From: Candidatus Omnitrophota bacterium
Lineage (GTDB): Bacteria > Omnitrophota > Gorgyraeia > 2-01-FULL-45-10
DNA: 64,000 nt
Direction: 5' to 3'
Assembly (NCBI GenBank): GCA_041663425.1
Contig: JBAYMS010000005.1
Span: 531-64,530 of the forward strand
Part shown: positions 17,574-25,948 of the stretch, one piece after another
How the letters are laid out: every line of letters begins with the position of its first letter
How positions within the stretch are numbered: position 1 is the stretch's first letter
The notes under the pieces: model-generated
Seen by the model: the letters and a program-made list of their open reading frames with translations, nothing else
Databases searched by the model: none
What the model was told of the DNA's origin: nothing
Program-made: the position numbers and the translations under genes

Positions 17574-18290
17574 TCACTTCACTTTCAAAATTTTATGTAT
17601 CTGAGGAATTACCCGCATATTGATAAAGTCGTTCCTGGATCCGACTTCTAAAAACTTAAGCAGCCTATCACGATCTATGCTTTTATCGGCCGGGCTTACA
17701 GGAGAGACCGGCTGCAGTATAAAAGGTATATTTTTATGCGACTTCTTTATCAGCTGTATCGCCTTCTCAATATCTTCGATGTTTGTCTCGGGCGTAACTA
17801 CCGCTTTAACGAATACCTTCTTTTTTGATGCTATCTTAAGAAATTCAGCGTGCTCAGACCAGTACTCTCTCTCGCCGGTGGCGGATGGCAGCTTAAAGTC
17901 CATGGCAACTATGTCCACAAGGTCTATTATATTCGACAACTCGCCTGGAAGGGTGCCATTAGTTTCTAAATATGATTTAAATCCCCTGTTTTTCTTCATC
18001 GTCTTAAGAAGGTCTTCCAGAAAATCCCAGTACAAAAGCGGTTCACCTCCGGTAAAAGAAACGGAATGGTGCGGCCCTTTTTCAGCATCCATAGCTTTTA
18101 TGTGTCTCGAAAGCTCTATGGAAGTGTATTCCTTGGGCTCGGAGCTCCTGGTTTCATCGCAAAATACACAATTAAGATTGCACTTCTTAAACCTGACGAA
18201 TATCTGTTTCGCGCCGAGGAATATGCCCTCTCCCTGTATCGATGAAAAAATTTCCGTTATTTCTGCTTTAACATTGTTCATATATTTCAT
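17574..18290 (-). CDS. queE: 7-carboxy-7-deazaguanine synthase (radical SAM)
   Basis: 238 aa. It has a CNLNCVFCDE radical-SAM motif and FTGGEPLLY. It lies between queC and queF. Confidence 0.8.
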   Translation of the reverse strand: MKYMNNVKAEITEIFSSIQGEGIFLGAKQIFVRFKKCNLNCVFCDETRSSEPKEYTSIELSRHIKAMDAEKGPHHSVSFTGGEPLLYWDFLEDLLKTMKKNRGFKSYLETNGTLPGELSNIIDLVDIVAMDFKLPSATGEREYWSEHAEFLKIASKKKVFVKAVVTPETNIEDIEKAIQLIKKSHKNIPFILQPVSPVSPADKSIDRDRLLKFLEVGSRNDFINMRVIPQIHKILKVK

Positions 18291-19000
18291 CTTTCGGTTG
18301 TATCGTCAATGCCGGCTTCCTTAAAACCTCTCGCCCTTAACACACAGGAATCGCATTCGCCGCAGGGCTTTGCCCCGCCTTTGTAACAAGACCAGGTATA
18401 CTTAAAAGGAACTTTCAGACGCTGCCCCAACTCAACAATTTTCTTCTTAGGCATTTTTATAAGCGGTGAAATCAGCTTAAGCCTGTTTTCAATGCCGCGC
18501 TTGGTTCCGATCCTTATCACGCGGTCAAAAGCTTCAATATATTCTTTACGGCAATCCGGATAACCGCTCGAATCCTCAGAATGAGCACCGATAAATATCG
18601 CATCGGCTCCTATTGCTTCTGCGTAAGACGCCGCAATGCTCAAAAATATCGTATTGCGCGCAGGCACATACGTCGACGGCACACCGGATCTTTTTATTAC
18701 CGCCGGATGCCGGCGTAAAGGCAGGTTGAGTTTTTTATCAAGCAAGCTCGAACCGCCCCAGGGCATCCCTATTTTAACCGTTCTTAAATCAGCGCCTGCC
18801 GCTCTGGCAATCTTCGCGGCCATTTTCATCTCAATGCGGTGGCGCTGGCCGTAATCAAAATTAAGGCAATAGCATTCATACCCCCTGTTCTTTGCAAAAA
18901 ACAGGGTAACTGCCGAATCTAGTCCGCCCGAAAGAAGTACAACCGATTTTTTCTTAGTTGCCATTTTTTTATTCAAAATAAACGGCGCAGGATTTTTCAT
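18287..19000 (-). CDS. queC: 7-cyano-7-deazaguanine synthase
   Basis: 237 aa. It has the VVLLSGGLDSAV PP-loop ATPase motif and C-terminal zinc-binding CGECDSCVLR cysteines. Confidence 0.9.
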   Translation of the reverse strand: MKNPAPFILNKKMATKKKSVVLLSGGLDSAVTLFFAKNRGYECYCLNFDYGQRHRIEMKMAAKIARAAGADLRTVKIGMPWGGSSLLDKKLNLPLRRHPAVIKRSGVPSTYVPARNTIFLSIAASYAEAIGADAIFIGAHSEDSSGYPDCRKEYIEAFDRVIRIGTKRGIENRLKLISPLIKMPKKKIVELGQRLKVPFKYTWSCYKGGAKPCGECDSCVLRARGFKEAGIDDTTER

Positions 19001-19325
19001 TCTCCCATACCGCGATCGAATACACGCTCTTCATATTTTTCTTCAGTTTGTCGTAAATAAATTTCGCTATATTCTCCGAGGTAGGATTTACTTTTTTAAA
19101 AAATTCCAGCTCGTTCAGATAAGAATGATCAAATTCCTCAACGCTGTCTTTAAGCGCCTTTTTCGCGATCTTAAAATCTACGGCCAGGCCATTTTCATCA
19201 AGATCTTTATATCGGAAAACGGCCTCCACTATCCAGTTGTGGCCATGCAATTTTTCACATTTCCCTTCGTAGTTCCTCAGGTTATGCGCCGCACTGAAAT
19301 CTGTTTTAACTTTTATCTCAAACAT
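18969..19325 (-). CDS. queD: 6-carboxy-5,6,7,8-tetrahydropterin synthase
   Basis: 118 aa. It has DFSAAHNLRNYEGKCEKLHGHNW (the zinc-binding HxH and Cys of PTPS/QueD). Confidence 0.85.
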   Translation of the reverse strand: MFEIKVKTDFSAAHNLRNYEGKCEKLHGHNWIVEAVFRYKDLDENGLAVDFKIAKKALKDSVEEFDHSYLNELEFFKKVNPTSENIAKFIYDKLKKNMKSVYSIAVWENEKSCAVYFE

Positions 19326-20123
19326 TTAAACTGCTCTCTTTACGCATTTTATTTTTCTCTTCAGAAATTTCTCGCCTATGCGGACGAACCGGTTTGGCTC
19401 GTCGCTGACAAAGAACCTGTGGTCTCCTGCTTTTTTCGAAGCATTCAGCAGACCGCTCGCATCAAGTATGTCCCTGGCCTCTTTTGCCACCTCGTTTGCA
19501 GAATCTACAAGAACAACTCCGGGTCCCATAACTTTTTTAAGCACATTTTTCAAAATAGGGTAATGAGTGCAGCCCATTATAAGAGTGTCGACACGTTTTC
19601 CTTTTAAAGGCTTCAGATAAATTTGCGTAACGGTCTTCGTAACGTCTTTATCATCCCAGCCCTCTTCCACCAGAGGAACAAACAACGGACAGGCCTGGGT
19701 AAACACAGAATATCGCGGACTTATCTTCTTTACCGCCTTCTCATAAGCCCCGGAAGAAACGGTAGCGTTAGTCCCTATAACACCTATACGATTATTACGC
19801 GTAACACTGACCGCCTGTCTTGCGCCGGGTCCTATAACACCTATCACCGGAACCCTGAAACACCTTTTCAAAAAATCGAGACTGAGCGAAGATGCGGTAT
19901 TGCATGCAACTATAACCAGCTTAACATTATGTTCCATGAGAAATTCAACATTCTCGACGGAAAACTTGGTAACCGTTTCTTTCGACTTAGTGCCATAAGG
20001 AACCCTTGCGGTATCTCCGAAATAGACCAGGTTTTCATTGGGTAGCATCTCCTGGATCTTGCCGACGACCGTAAGACCGCCAACACCGGAATCAAATATG
20101 CCTATAGGTCTCGAATCACTCAT
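19326..20123 (-). CDS. murI: Glutamate racemase
   Basis: 265 aa. It has IGIFDSGVGGLTV and VIVACNTAS catalytic Cys motifs. Confidence 0.9.
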   Translation of the reverse strand: MSDSRPIGIFDSGVGGLTVVGKIQEMLPNENLVYFGDTARVPYGTKSKETVTKFSVENVEFLMEHNVKLVIVACNTASSLSLDFLKRCFRVPVIGVIGPGARQAVSVTRNNRIGVIGTNATVSSGAYEKAVKKISPRYSVFTQACPLFVPLVEEGWDDKDVTKTVTQIYLKPLKGKRVDTLIMGCTHYPILKNVLKKVMGPGVVLVDSANEVAKEARDILDASGLLNASKKAGDHRFFVSDEPNRFVRIGEKFLKRKIKCVKRAV

Positions 20124-21250
20124 ATCCTTGTAAAACCCTCTGTCTTTTCGTATTCTCTTTTGTATCTCAGTATGCCCTGAGCTATAGACTCTGCCAGCCG
20201 GCCAAGAAAATCAGGATCTTTCAGTTTAAGCTCCTCGTATCTATTGCTTATATAACCGGCCTCTACAAGGACTGCCGGAATATTAGTATGCTTAAGAACA
20301 TAGAACCTCGCGCTCCTTATCCCCCTATTCCCTATAGCCAGACTATCATTTATAGAATCACAAATATAGCTGGCAAGCTCGGCGGATTCCAGCCTATTCT
20401 CTGTAAGTGTCATATCCCAGAGAGTTTTGTCAAGCGGCCGGGAATGCTGAGCCGATGCCGCCTCGTCCATCTTCAGCGAAGAGTTTTCAAATGCTTCGAG
20501 CGCACGGGCATTATCGTCTGTAGCGTTAGAAAGATAATAACATTCAAACCCCCTCATAAGCCTTGAACGTGAAGCATTTATATGTACGCTTACAAAAATA
20601 TCCGCACCGCTTTTGTTCGCTATCTCTGAGCGCCGGGGAAGAGGTATAAAAACATCGCTGTCTCTGGTCATAATGACTTTAATGCCCGCTTCTTCCAATA
20701 AGGATTTAATTTTTCTGGCCAACTGAAGAGTCAGGTTTTTTTCTTTAATATGAAGTCTTCTGCCTATAGCTCCGGGATCATTGCCGCCATGGCCCGGATC
20801 CAGGACTATCGTTTTTATTGCAAATCTTTTAGCCCCCTCTGCCGCAACGGGAGTTTTCACGACAGGACGGTAAACTACCATATCCCCCATATTATTTCTT
20901 ATAAACGAAATAGGGATAAACAGCTCCCCGCCTCTCATAGTGGCGGGTTTATCCATCTTTACAATATCTGCATTTAATAGCGCCCTGTCTCCCCCATCCC
21001 GCAGAATTATTTTGGTTGAGCCTTTGCGAATAAAAGCCGTCCTGGCAAAAGTATCATATTTATAATCAAAACCGTAAAAATCGCATATTTTCACGAGTGG
21101 TATATACTCGGAACCATTTAATATCCTTACATCCTTCTGCAAAGATGCATCAAGTTTAGAATACGATGCCCTGGTCGCGCATCCGGATAAAAATGCAATG
21201 GCACAACATATAATAATTATAGGGTAATATTTGTAATAATTTTTTTTCAT
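20120..21250 (-). CDS. N-acetylmuramoyl-L-alanine amidase (Amidase_3, AmiC-like) lipoprotein
   Basis: It has [16 protein letters not shown] and FVSVHINAS amidase_3 motifs. The start is set at the ATG at 21250 ([24 protein letters not shown] signal/lipobox). The longer ORF-track start at 21355 runs through the tRNA-Leu gene. Confidence 0.85.
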   Translation of the reverse strand: MKKNYYKYYPIIIICCAIAFLSGCATRASYSKLDASLQKDVRILNGSEYIPLVKICDFYGFDYKYDTFARTAFIRKGSTKIILRDGGDRALLNADIVKMDKPATMRGGELFIPISFIRNNMGDMVVYRPVVKTPVAAEGAKRFAIKTIVLDPGHGGNDPGAIGRRLHIKEKNLTLQLARKIKSLLEEAGIKVIMTRDSDVFIPLPRRSEIANKSGADIFVSVHINASRSRLMRGFECYYLSNATDDNARALEAFENSSLKMDEAASAQHSRPLDKTLWDMTLTENRLESAELASYICDSINDSLAIGNRGIRSARFYVLKHTNIPAVLVEAGYISNRYEELKLKDPDFLGRLAESIAQGILRYKREYEKTEGFTRI

Positions 21251-21268
21251 AATAGTATAAAGTATAAG

Positions 21269-21353
21269 TGGTGCGGAGAGGGGGATTTGAACCCCCAAGG
21301 CTTGCGCCACAGGCTTCTGAGACCTGCGTGTCTGCCAGTTCCACCATCTCCGC
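21269..21353 (-). tRNA. tRNA-Leu (anticodon CAG), long variable arm
   Basis: Reverse complement GCGGAGATGGTGGAACTGGCAGACACGCAGGTCTCAGAAGCCTGTGGCGCAAGCCTTGGGGGTTCAAATCCCCCTCTCCGCACCA (85 nt). The acceptor stem is GCGGAGA/TCTCCGC, the anticodon loop is CTCAGAA, the T loop is TTCAAAT, and CCA is encoded. Confidence 0.85.
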
Positions 21354-21440
21354 ATACCGCAATTTCACTCAACTCAAACAGCTTTTAGGTATTTTGTGTC
21401 CCGAGCAAGGCTATCGTTTATCTCCGGCCGTGCCGAGGGA

Positions 21441-21463
21441 CCAGTTCCACCATCTCCGCATAC
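21441..21463 (-). repeat. 23-bp duplicate of the tRNA-Leu 5' end (4 nt flank plus first 19 nt), 106 bp upstream of the intact gene
   Basis: ccagttccaccatctccgcatac occurs at 21335..21357 (part of the tRNA) and again at 21441..21463. The second copy does not continue into a complete tRNA. Confidence 0.7.
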
Positions 21464-21562
21464 ATTTAAACAAAATTCCGGCAATATTAAGCTTATTAGT
21501 ATACCTCAAAACCGCGGCGCTGGCAAGGTTGATTTCACGTCGATATTGTGCTATATTAAGTT

Positions 21563-22024
21563 TTGAAAATGGCAGATAACATTATAGCGACTAATAGACA
21601 CGCACGGTTTGAATACAACATACTCGAGAGCTTTGAGGCTGGTATAGCACTTACTGGTACAGAGGTCAAATCGCTGCGAACCGCCAAGGCAAGCCTGGCC
21701 AACGGCTTTGCCAGAGTCGAAGGCAATAATGCGGTTTTTCTGTATAATATGCACATAGCACCTTACGCATTCGGGAATATCGCAAACCCCGATCCGTTAA
21801 GGCCGAGAAAATTGCTTCTGCACAAGAGAGAGATAAAAAGACTTGCGGCGGATATCACGACTAAGAAATTAACATTGATACCGCTTAAAGCTTACTTTAA
21901 AAATGGCATAGTTAAAATTGAGCTTGGGCTGGCAAAAGGAAAAAAGCTTTACGATAAACGCGATGTTATCAAGAAGCGGGATTCTGACAGAGAGCTTAAA
22001 AGAATTTTGAGAAATAAAGCTTAA
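21563..22024 (+). CDS. smpB: SsrA-binding protein SmpB
   Basis: 153 aa. NRHARFEYNILE, GIALTGTEVKSLR and the C-terminal basic tail are SmpB hallmarks. It lies immediately upstream of the tmRNA. Confidence 0.9.
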   Translation: MKMADNIIATNRHARFEYNILESFEAGIALTGTEVKSLRTAKASLANGFARVEGNNAVFLYNMHIAPYAFGNIANPDPLRPRKLLLHKREIKRLAADITTKKLTLIPLKAYFKNGIVKIELGLAKGKKLYDKRDVIKKRDSDRELKRILRNKA

Positions 22025-22046
22025 TATTGTTCTTTAATATATCGTC

Positions 22047-22463
22047 GGGGGTGAAAGGTTTCGACCCAGATGAGCAAGGCATAAGCAGCATGTAGAGGTT
22101 GCTAGGAGGCCTCTTAAAACACCTGGCAAAAAATCAAATGCTGAAAACTTCACAGTTCCAGCTACGGTAAACGAACTCCTGAACACCATGCAAGTGGTGC
22201 CGGGACCAGTTCTACCGGTCGCGTTACCTTTATAAGGTAACCCGTCAACCAGTTCTTTTCCTGCGGGGGCTGGATTGACGACACACAGCAGGATGGCCCG
22301 GAAAGTTTAGCCTTTGGCGATCCGGGCGAGACATCTAAAAGGATACCCTTTTGAAATTCCGCCTATTGAAGTTCATGAGGGGAAATTAAAGATTAGGATA
22401 AACATGTAGCGGCTTTTGTTTTGACGTTCGGGGACGCGGGTTCAATTCCCGCCACCTCCACCA
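22047..22463 (+). ncRNA. ssrA: tmRNA (ssrA), one-piece
   Basis: The 5' GGGGGTGAAAGGTTTCGAC (acceptor arm plus D-like region) pairs with the 3' ...GGGACGCGGGTTCAATTCCCGCCACCTCCACCA (T arm, acceptor 3' strand, CCA). The A-rich stretch GGCAAAAAATCAAATGCTG precedes the tag-reading region. Confidence 0.8.
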
Positions 22464-22617
22464 ATTTTAGCTGCTATTAAACTCCGGCTAAAATTTCAAA
22501 GGAAAAAACGTAGTTTTTTCCTTATGACGCTCGCACCTCACCTCTCAATATCTTCGAGTGCTCGCTGTATCCTTTTTCCTTAAATGTATTTCGCAAAAAT
22601 AATGATAATTTCTTAGC

Positions 22618-22651
22618 TTAAGGAAAGGAGAAATATTTCTCCTTTCCTTAA
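22618..22651. terminator. Perfect 34-nt palindrome (putative bidirectional intrinsic terminator) between ssrA and the minus-strand deacetylase gene
   Basis: ttaaggaaaggagaaatatttctcctttccttaa is perfectly self-complementary (a 15-bp stem), followed by AAAATCTTTTTCTCTTT on the plus strand and by a T-rich tract on the minus strand. It lies 51 bp downstream of the stop of the 22703..23557 gene. Confidence 0.5.
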
Positions 22652-22702
22652 AAATCTTTTTCTCTTTACATAAGTGTCGCTTCGCGACCTAAAACCTGTG
22701 GA

Positions 22703-23557
22703 TTATTTTTCCTGCAGTTTGGCAAGTTCACTGAAAGTAATGAGTTTGATACCGTTATCGGCTATGGCTTTCTTAATGCGGCGGCTTGTTAATGCGGCAA
22801 GGTCAGTTTCGCAATTTCGGTGAAATACGCACCTATCCAAAACTTCAGCGCTTATAAATCCGGGATGTGCTACAAGCTCTGTAACACCGTCGGGTAGTTC
22901 GGTCAGCATCTGCATTAATATATCTTCTCTGATGTTTCCCGAATCGAATAATCCGAGAAAATTATCAGTGTGAAGGACGGATGCCTTATTAAGCGCACGT
23001 ATCATATTTTTATCAAAATATCCCAGGATAATTTTTTTAAATAATTTGTTCGCGTTATACGGATAAGCAAATCTGTCTCTATGCAGATATCTTATAGCGG
23101 GGATGCTATATTCTTTTGCTAGTTGTATGAAGATATCTAATATTCCGGGCAGCATGTGGATATGCTGATGACTACTAAGGCTTGTTATGGGCAGACCGGA
23201 TTCTTTCAGCCTTTCGACCTGGCTCTTCAATTCTATATATATATGCGTTGAGCTTATTTTGCCTAAAAGAAAAGGTAAAAGAAAACCCGCATAGCCTTTA
23301 TGAAATCTTCCGTCCCTGGTGACAAGGCTTGCTACCTCGGAAGGATCGCTCACGGGGGCAGTTTCAGTAAGAGCAAGATGCGCGCTTATCTCTTTTAATT
23401 TAGCGACCCTAAGAAGCGCCATAGCATCGTAAAAGGCCGCGCCGGAAGAGAGAACATTAACGGCTGTGGTTATCCCCGCCTCACAGCTTTTCATGATGCC
23501 GCGGTTTATACTATCGGACAGCCCCAGGTCATCAGCGCTAACTATAAGATACTTCAT
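22703..23557 (-). CDS. YdjC/ChbG/HpnK-family carbohydrate deacetylase (NaxD/LgmC-like)
   Basis: 284 aa. The N-terminal LIVSADDLGLSDSINRGI and later HLAL/HQHIH motifs are typical of the YdjC-like deacetylase superfamily. It is co-transcribed with the GT2 and GT-C genes (4-nt overlaps). Confidence 0.7.
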   Translation of the reverse strand: MKYLIVSADDLGLSDSINRGIMKSCEAGITTAVNVLSSGAAFYDAMALLRVAKLKEISAHLALTETAPVSDPSEVASLVTRDGRFHKGYAGFLLPFLLGKISSTHIYIELKSQVERLKESGLPITSLSSHQHIHMLPGILDIFIQLAKEYSIPAIRYLHRDRFAYPYNANKLFKKIILGYFDKNMIRALNKASVLHTDNFLGLFDSGNIREDILMQMLTELPDGVTELVAHPGFISAEVLDRCVFHRNCETDLAALTSRRIKKAIADNGIKLITFSELAKLQEK

Positions 23558-24246
23558 TTCGAAAACCTATACTTCAGCATATCCCAGAATGTCCTCGCGA
23601 CTACGCTCATTCTCGATATCGTTGATTCTCCTTTTGTGCGCAGTTCAAATATTAGCCCATACTGTTTTATAGCAAACCCTCTCCTCGCCGCCTCGGCAAA
23701 TATTTCGACATCTATGAAAGGACTTCTTGATTTCAGATCGAGCCCTTCTATAACTTTTCTCTTATATATTTTAAGACCGGAATTTATATCCCTTATTTTA
23801 AGACCGAAAAGAATCCGAACCAGGAAATTGTAACCTTTCGACATTATAATACGCTTAAGACTAGCGTCTTTTAAGACCAGGCTGTATGCCGTAACGACAT
23901 CCGCGCCATTAAGCATATCGAGAGCGCCTTTTATATCCTTTTCTCTGGCAGGGAGATCTGAATCAGTATATATCACAACTCCCTTGGAAGAATTTTTCAG
24001 GCCTTCTTTCAAAGCACCGCCGAATTTTGTATTAACTTTAAGCCGTACGGATTTTATATGCTTATCAGCTGAGGCTAATTTATCAACAATGTCACCGCTT
24101 CCGTCGGTAGAAGCATCGTCAACTATCACTATTTCGTAGTCATCCGCTATCTCCGACGCCAGAGCTGTCGCGCGCCTTAAGGTCTCCTCAATATTCTCAG
24201 CCTCATTGAACATCGGAAATACGAAAGATATGCTATGTTTTATCAT
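23554..24246 (-). CDS. GT2 polyprenyl-phosphate sugar transferase (DPM1/ArnC/LgmA-like)
   Basis: 230 aa. The motifs SFVFPMFNEAENI, YEIVIVDDASTDGS and YTDSDL are GT-A fold DXD-type GT2 signatures of dolichol/undecaprenyl-phosphate glycosyl synthases. Confidence 0.8.
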   Translation of the reverse strand: MIKHSISFVFPMFNEAENIEETLRRATALASEIADDYEIVIVDDASTDGSGDIVDKLASADKHIKSVRLKVNTKFGGALKEGLKNSSKGVVIYTDSDLPAREKDIKGALDMLNGADVVTAYSLVLKDASLKRIIMSKGYNFLVRILFGLKIRDINSGLKIYKRKVIEGLDLKSRSPFIDVEIFAEAARRGFAIKQYGLIFELRTKGESTISRMSVVARTFWDMLKYRFSK

Positions 24247-25913
24247 TTAACAAATTCTCTTTTCAGGATATAGACGCCATCGTCCGGTTCGACATTGGTT
24301 ACTATCGACCTTTTCCCTACGGTATATAACAGGTAGGTCGGCTTAACATATTCATTATTTATCGCCGGATCATACAGCCCTCTGTGGTTTTTATCCTTTA
24401 TTACAGCCCAGACCCGTTTATCCGAATTTAAAAAATTTACCATAATGTGGTGTTTATCCAGGTCTACCGGAAATTTATCCGCGTAAAACGCAAGCCCGGG
24501 AAGATAGTTGCTCTGTGAACCGAGCGCCTCGCCCTCTTTGATCAGCAGGCGCAATTTGCCGCTCACTTCTTTGCTCGATTCGTAGCGCTCAACATCCGGC
24601 AATACGTAAAAATCAAGCGGCAGTATCAGTGCTGCCAAAGACACTACAATTAGACAAAAAGACGCGAAATGTTTTTTCTTTAAAAATAAAACTGCCGAGG
24701 CAATAAATCCAAAGACTAACACAAGACTCGAGAAGACAACTCCTTTTAATATTTCGGGCATGTCGATCTTTACAAATATAGACAAACCTACAGCACCCGC
24801 TATGATCGCTATTGCCAATAAATAATAAGATACCTTCACCCCTGCAGCGACGGATCCGGATATTTTGCCTGAATTTAAAAATTCATTCCATAGCGCGCCG
24901 ACTATAAGCGCGAGCGATATGAAAGTCGGGAAAACATACGTCGGTAATTTTGTGCGGGACGCTGAGAAAAACAGGAAAATCACAAAGAACCAAACCAGCG
25001 CAAAAACAGAGCCTTTTGCTTCTACCCGCCCATCGCCCCTGGCCCCCTGTCTATTTTTGAATATATACCAGAAACCAAATGGTAAAAATATGCTCCATGG
25101 GAAAAATCCTGCCATAATAACCGGGATATTATAATAAAATTGAGAGCCGATCTTGTGCTCCGACTGCATAAACCTCGTAACATTATGGAATCCGAAGAAA
25201 GCATCGATAAATTCCATACCGTGAAGCTTATAAGCCGTAAAATACCATGGCCCGGCAATGACCACGAATATCAGAACGCACCATCCAAATGGTATCTTCT
25301 TTAAACTGCCGAGATCTCCAACTATAGCCAGAAATATAATAAATGCCAGGACGGGCAGCGCAATTGCTATTGGCCCTTTCGCTAGGACCGCGAAAGCAAA
25401 AGCGGCGGATGATAATATGTAAAAGGATTTCTTATTTTTCAGATACCCATAGAAGAAAAACAGGACGCCAAGCAGCATAAATGCCGTCAATGTCATGTCG
25501 GTAATGCATGCTCTGGAAAGCACTATATATTCTACGTTTGTGGCCAATATCACCGCTGATAAAAAACCTGCTTTTTTACCGAAGAGCACAGACCCAAGAA
25601 AATACATAGCTATAACACCTATCAGGCCAAACAATGCTGATGGCAGCCTCGCAGACATTTCATTCACCCCGAATATTTTATATGAAATTTCTATCAGCCA
25701 GTATATCAGGATAGGTTTTTCAAACTGCGGTTTGCCGTAAAGATACGGAGTCGTCCAGTCACCCTTATTGACCATCTCTTTTGCCGTCTGGGCATAGAAA
25801 GTCTCATCGGGGTCGGTAAGCGCCATATCCCCTAATTTAAATAAAAACAGATATGCGCATAATATTACTAATAACGTTACGGCAAGGTATGGTTTTTTGA
25901 GGATTTTATCCAT
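24243..25913 (-). CDS. ArnT/PMT-like GT-C membrane glycosyltransferase (GT83/GT39 family)
   Basis: 556 aa with about 12-13 TM helices. The first periplasmic loop has DPDETFYAQTAKEM (the DE motif of ArnT/PMT enzymes). The N-terminal layout is typical of lipid A / protein glycosyl transferases that use polyprenyl-P-sugar donors. Confidence 0.7.
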   Translation of the reverse strand: MDKILKKPYLAVTLLVILCAYLFLFKLGDMALTDPDETFYAQTAKEMVNKGDWTTPYLYGKPQFEKPILIYWLIEISYKIFGVNEMSARLPSALFGLIGVIAMYFLGSVLFGKKAGFLSAVILATNVEYIVLSRACITDMTLTAFMLLGVLFFFYGYLKNKKSFYILSSAAFAFAVLAKGPIAIALPVLAFIIFLAIVGDLGSLKKIPFGWCVLIFVVIAGPWYFTAYKLHGMEFIDAFFGFHNVTRFMQSEHKIGSQFYYNIPVIMAGFFPWSIFLPFGFWYIFKNRQGARGDGRVEAKGSVFALVWFFVIFLFFSASRTKLPTYVFPTFISLALIVGALWNEFLNSGKISGSVAAGVKVSYYLLAIAIIAGAVGLSIFVKIDMPEILKGVVFSSLVLVFGFIASAVLFLKKKHFASFCLIVVSLAALILPLDFYVLPDVERYESSKEVSGKLRLLIKEGEALGSQSNYLPGLAFYADKFPVDLDKHHIMVNFLNSDKRVWAVIKDKNHRGLYDPAINNEYVKPTYLLYTVGKRSIVTNVEPDDGVYILKREFVK

Positions 25914-25948
25914 ATTTTCTTAAAGGTTACTATAAAACTAGCATCCTG

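Noticed and set aside
17620-18324. Long plus-strand ORF (234 aa) antisense to queE, with similar long antisense ORFs at 1931..2533, 39759..40520 and 51209..51922
   Set aside because: Each overlaps a minus-strand gene with strong family motifs. The antisense translations are Ser/Leu/Phe-rich with no recognisable domains, which is typical of shadow ORFs in AT-rich DNA.
21156-21368. 70-aa minus-strand ORF and the N-terminal extension of the amidase ORF (21250..21355)
   Set aside because: Both run through the tRNA-Leu(CAG) gene. The amidase has a proper signal-peptide start at the ATG at 21250.
22047-22463. Two-piece (permuted) tmRNA
   Set aside because: The 5' acceptor strand GGGGGTG and the 3' CACCTCC-A-CCA pair within one continuous ~417 nt gene, so a standard one-piece tmRNA explains the data.
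22464-22702. Possible genomic-island attachment site at the 3' end of ssrA
   Set aside because: ssrA is a classical integration hotspot and an accessory-like glycosylation module follows. However, no integrase, no direct repeat of the tmRNA 3' end, and no phage or mobile genes are present, so an island call is not supported from this sequence alone.
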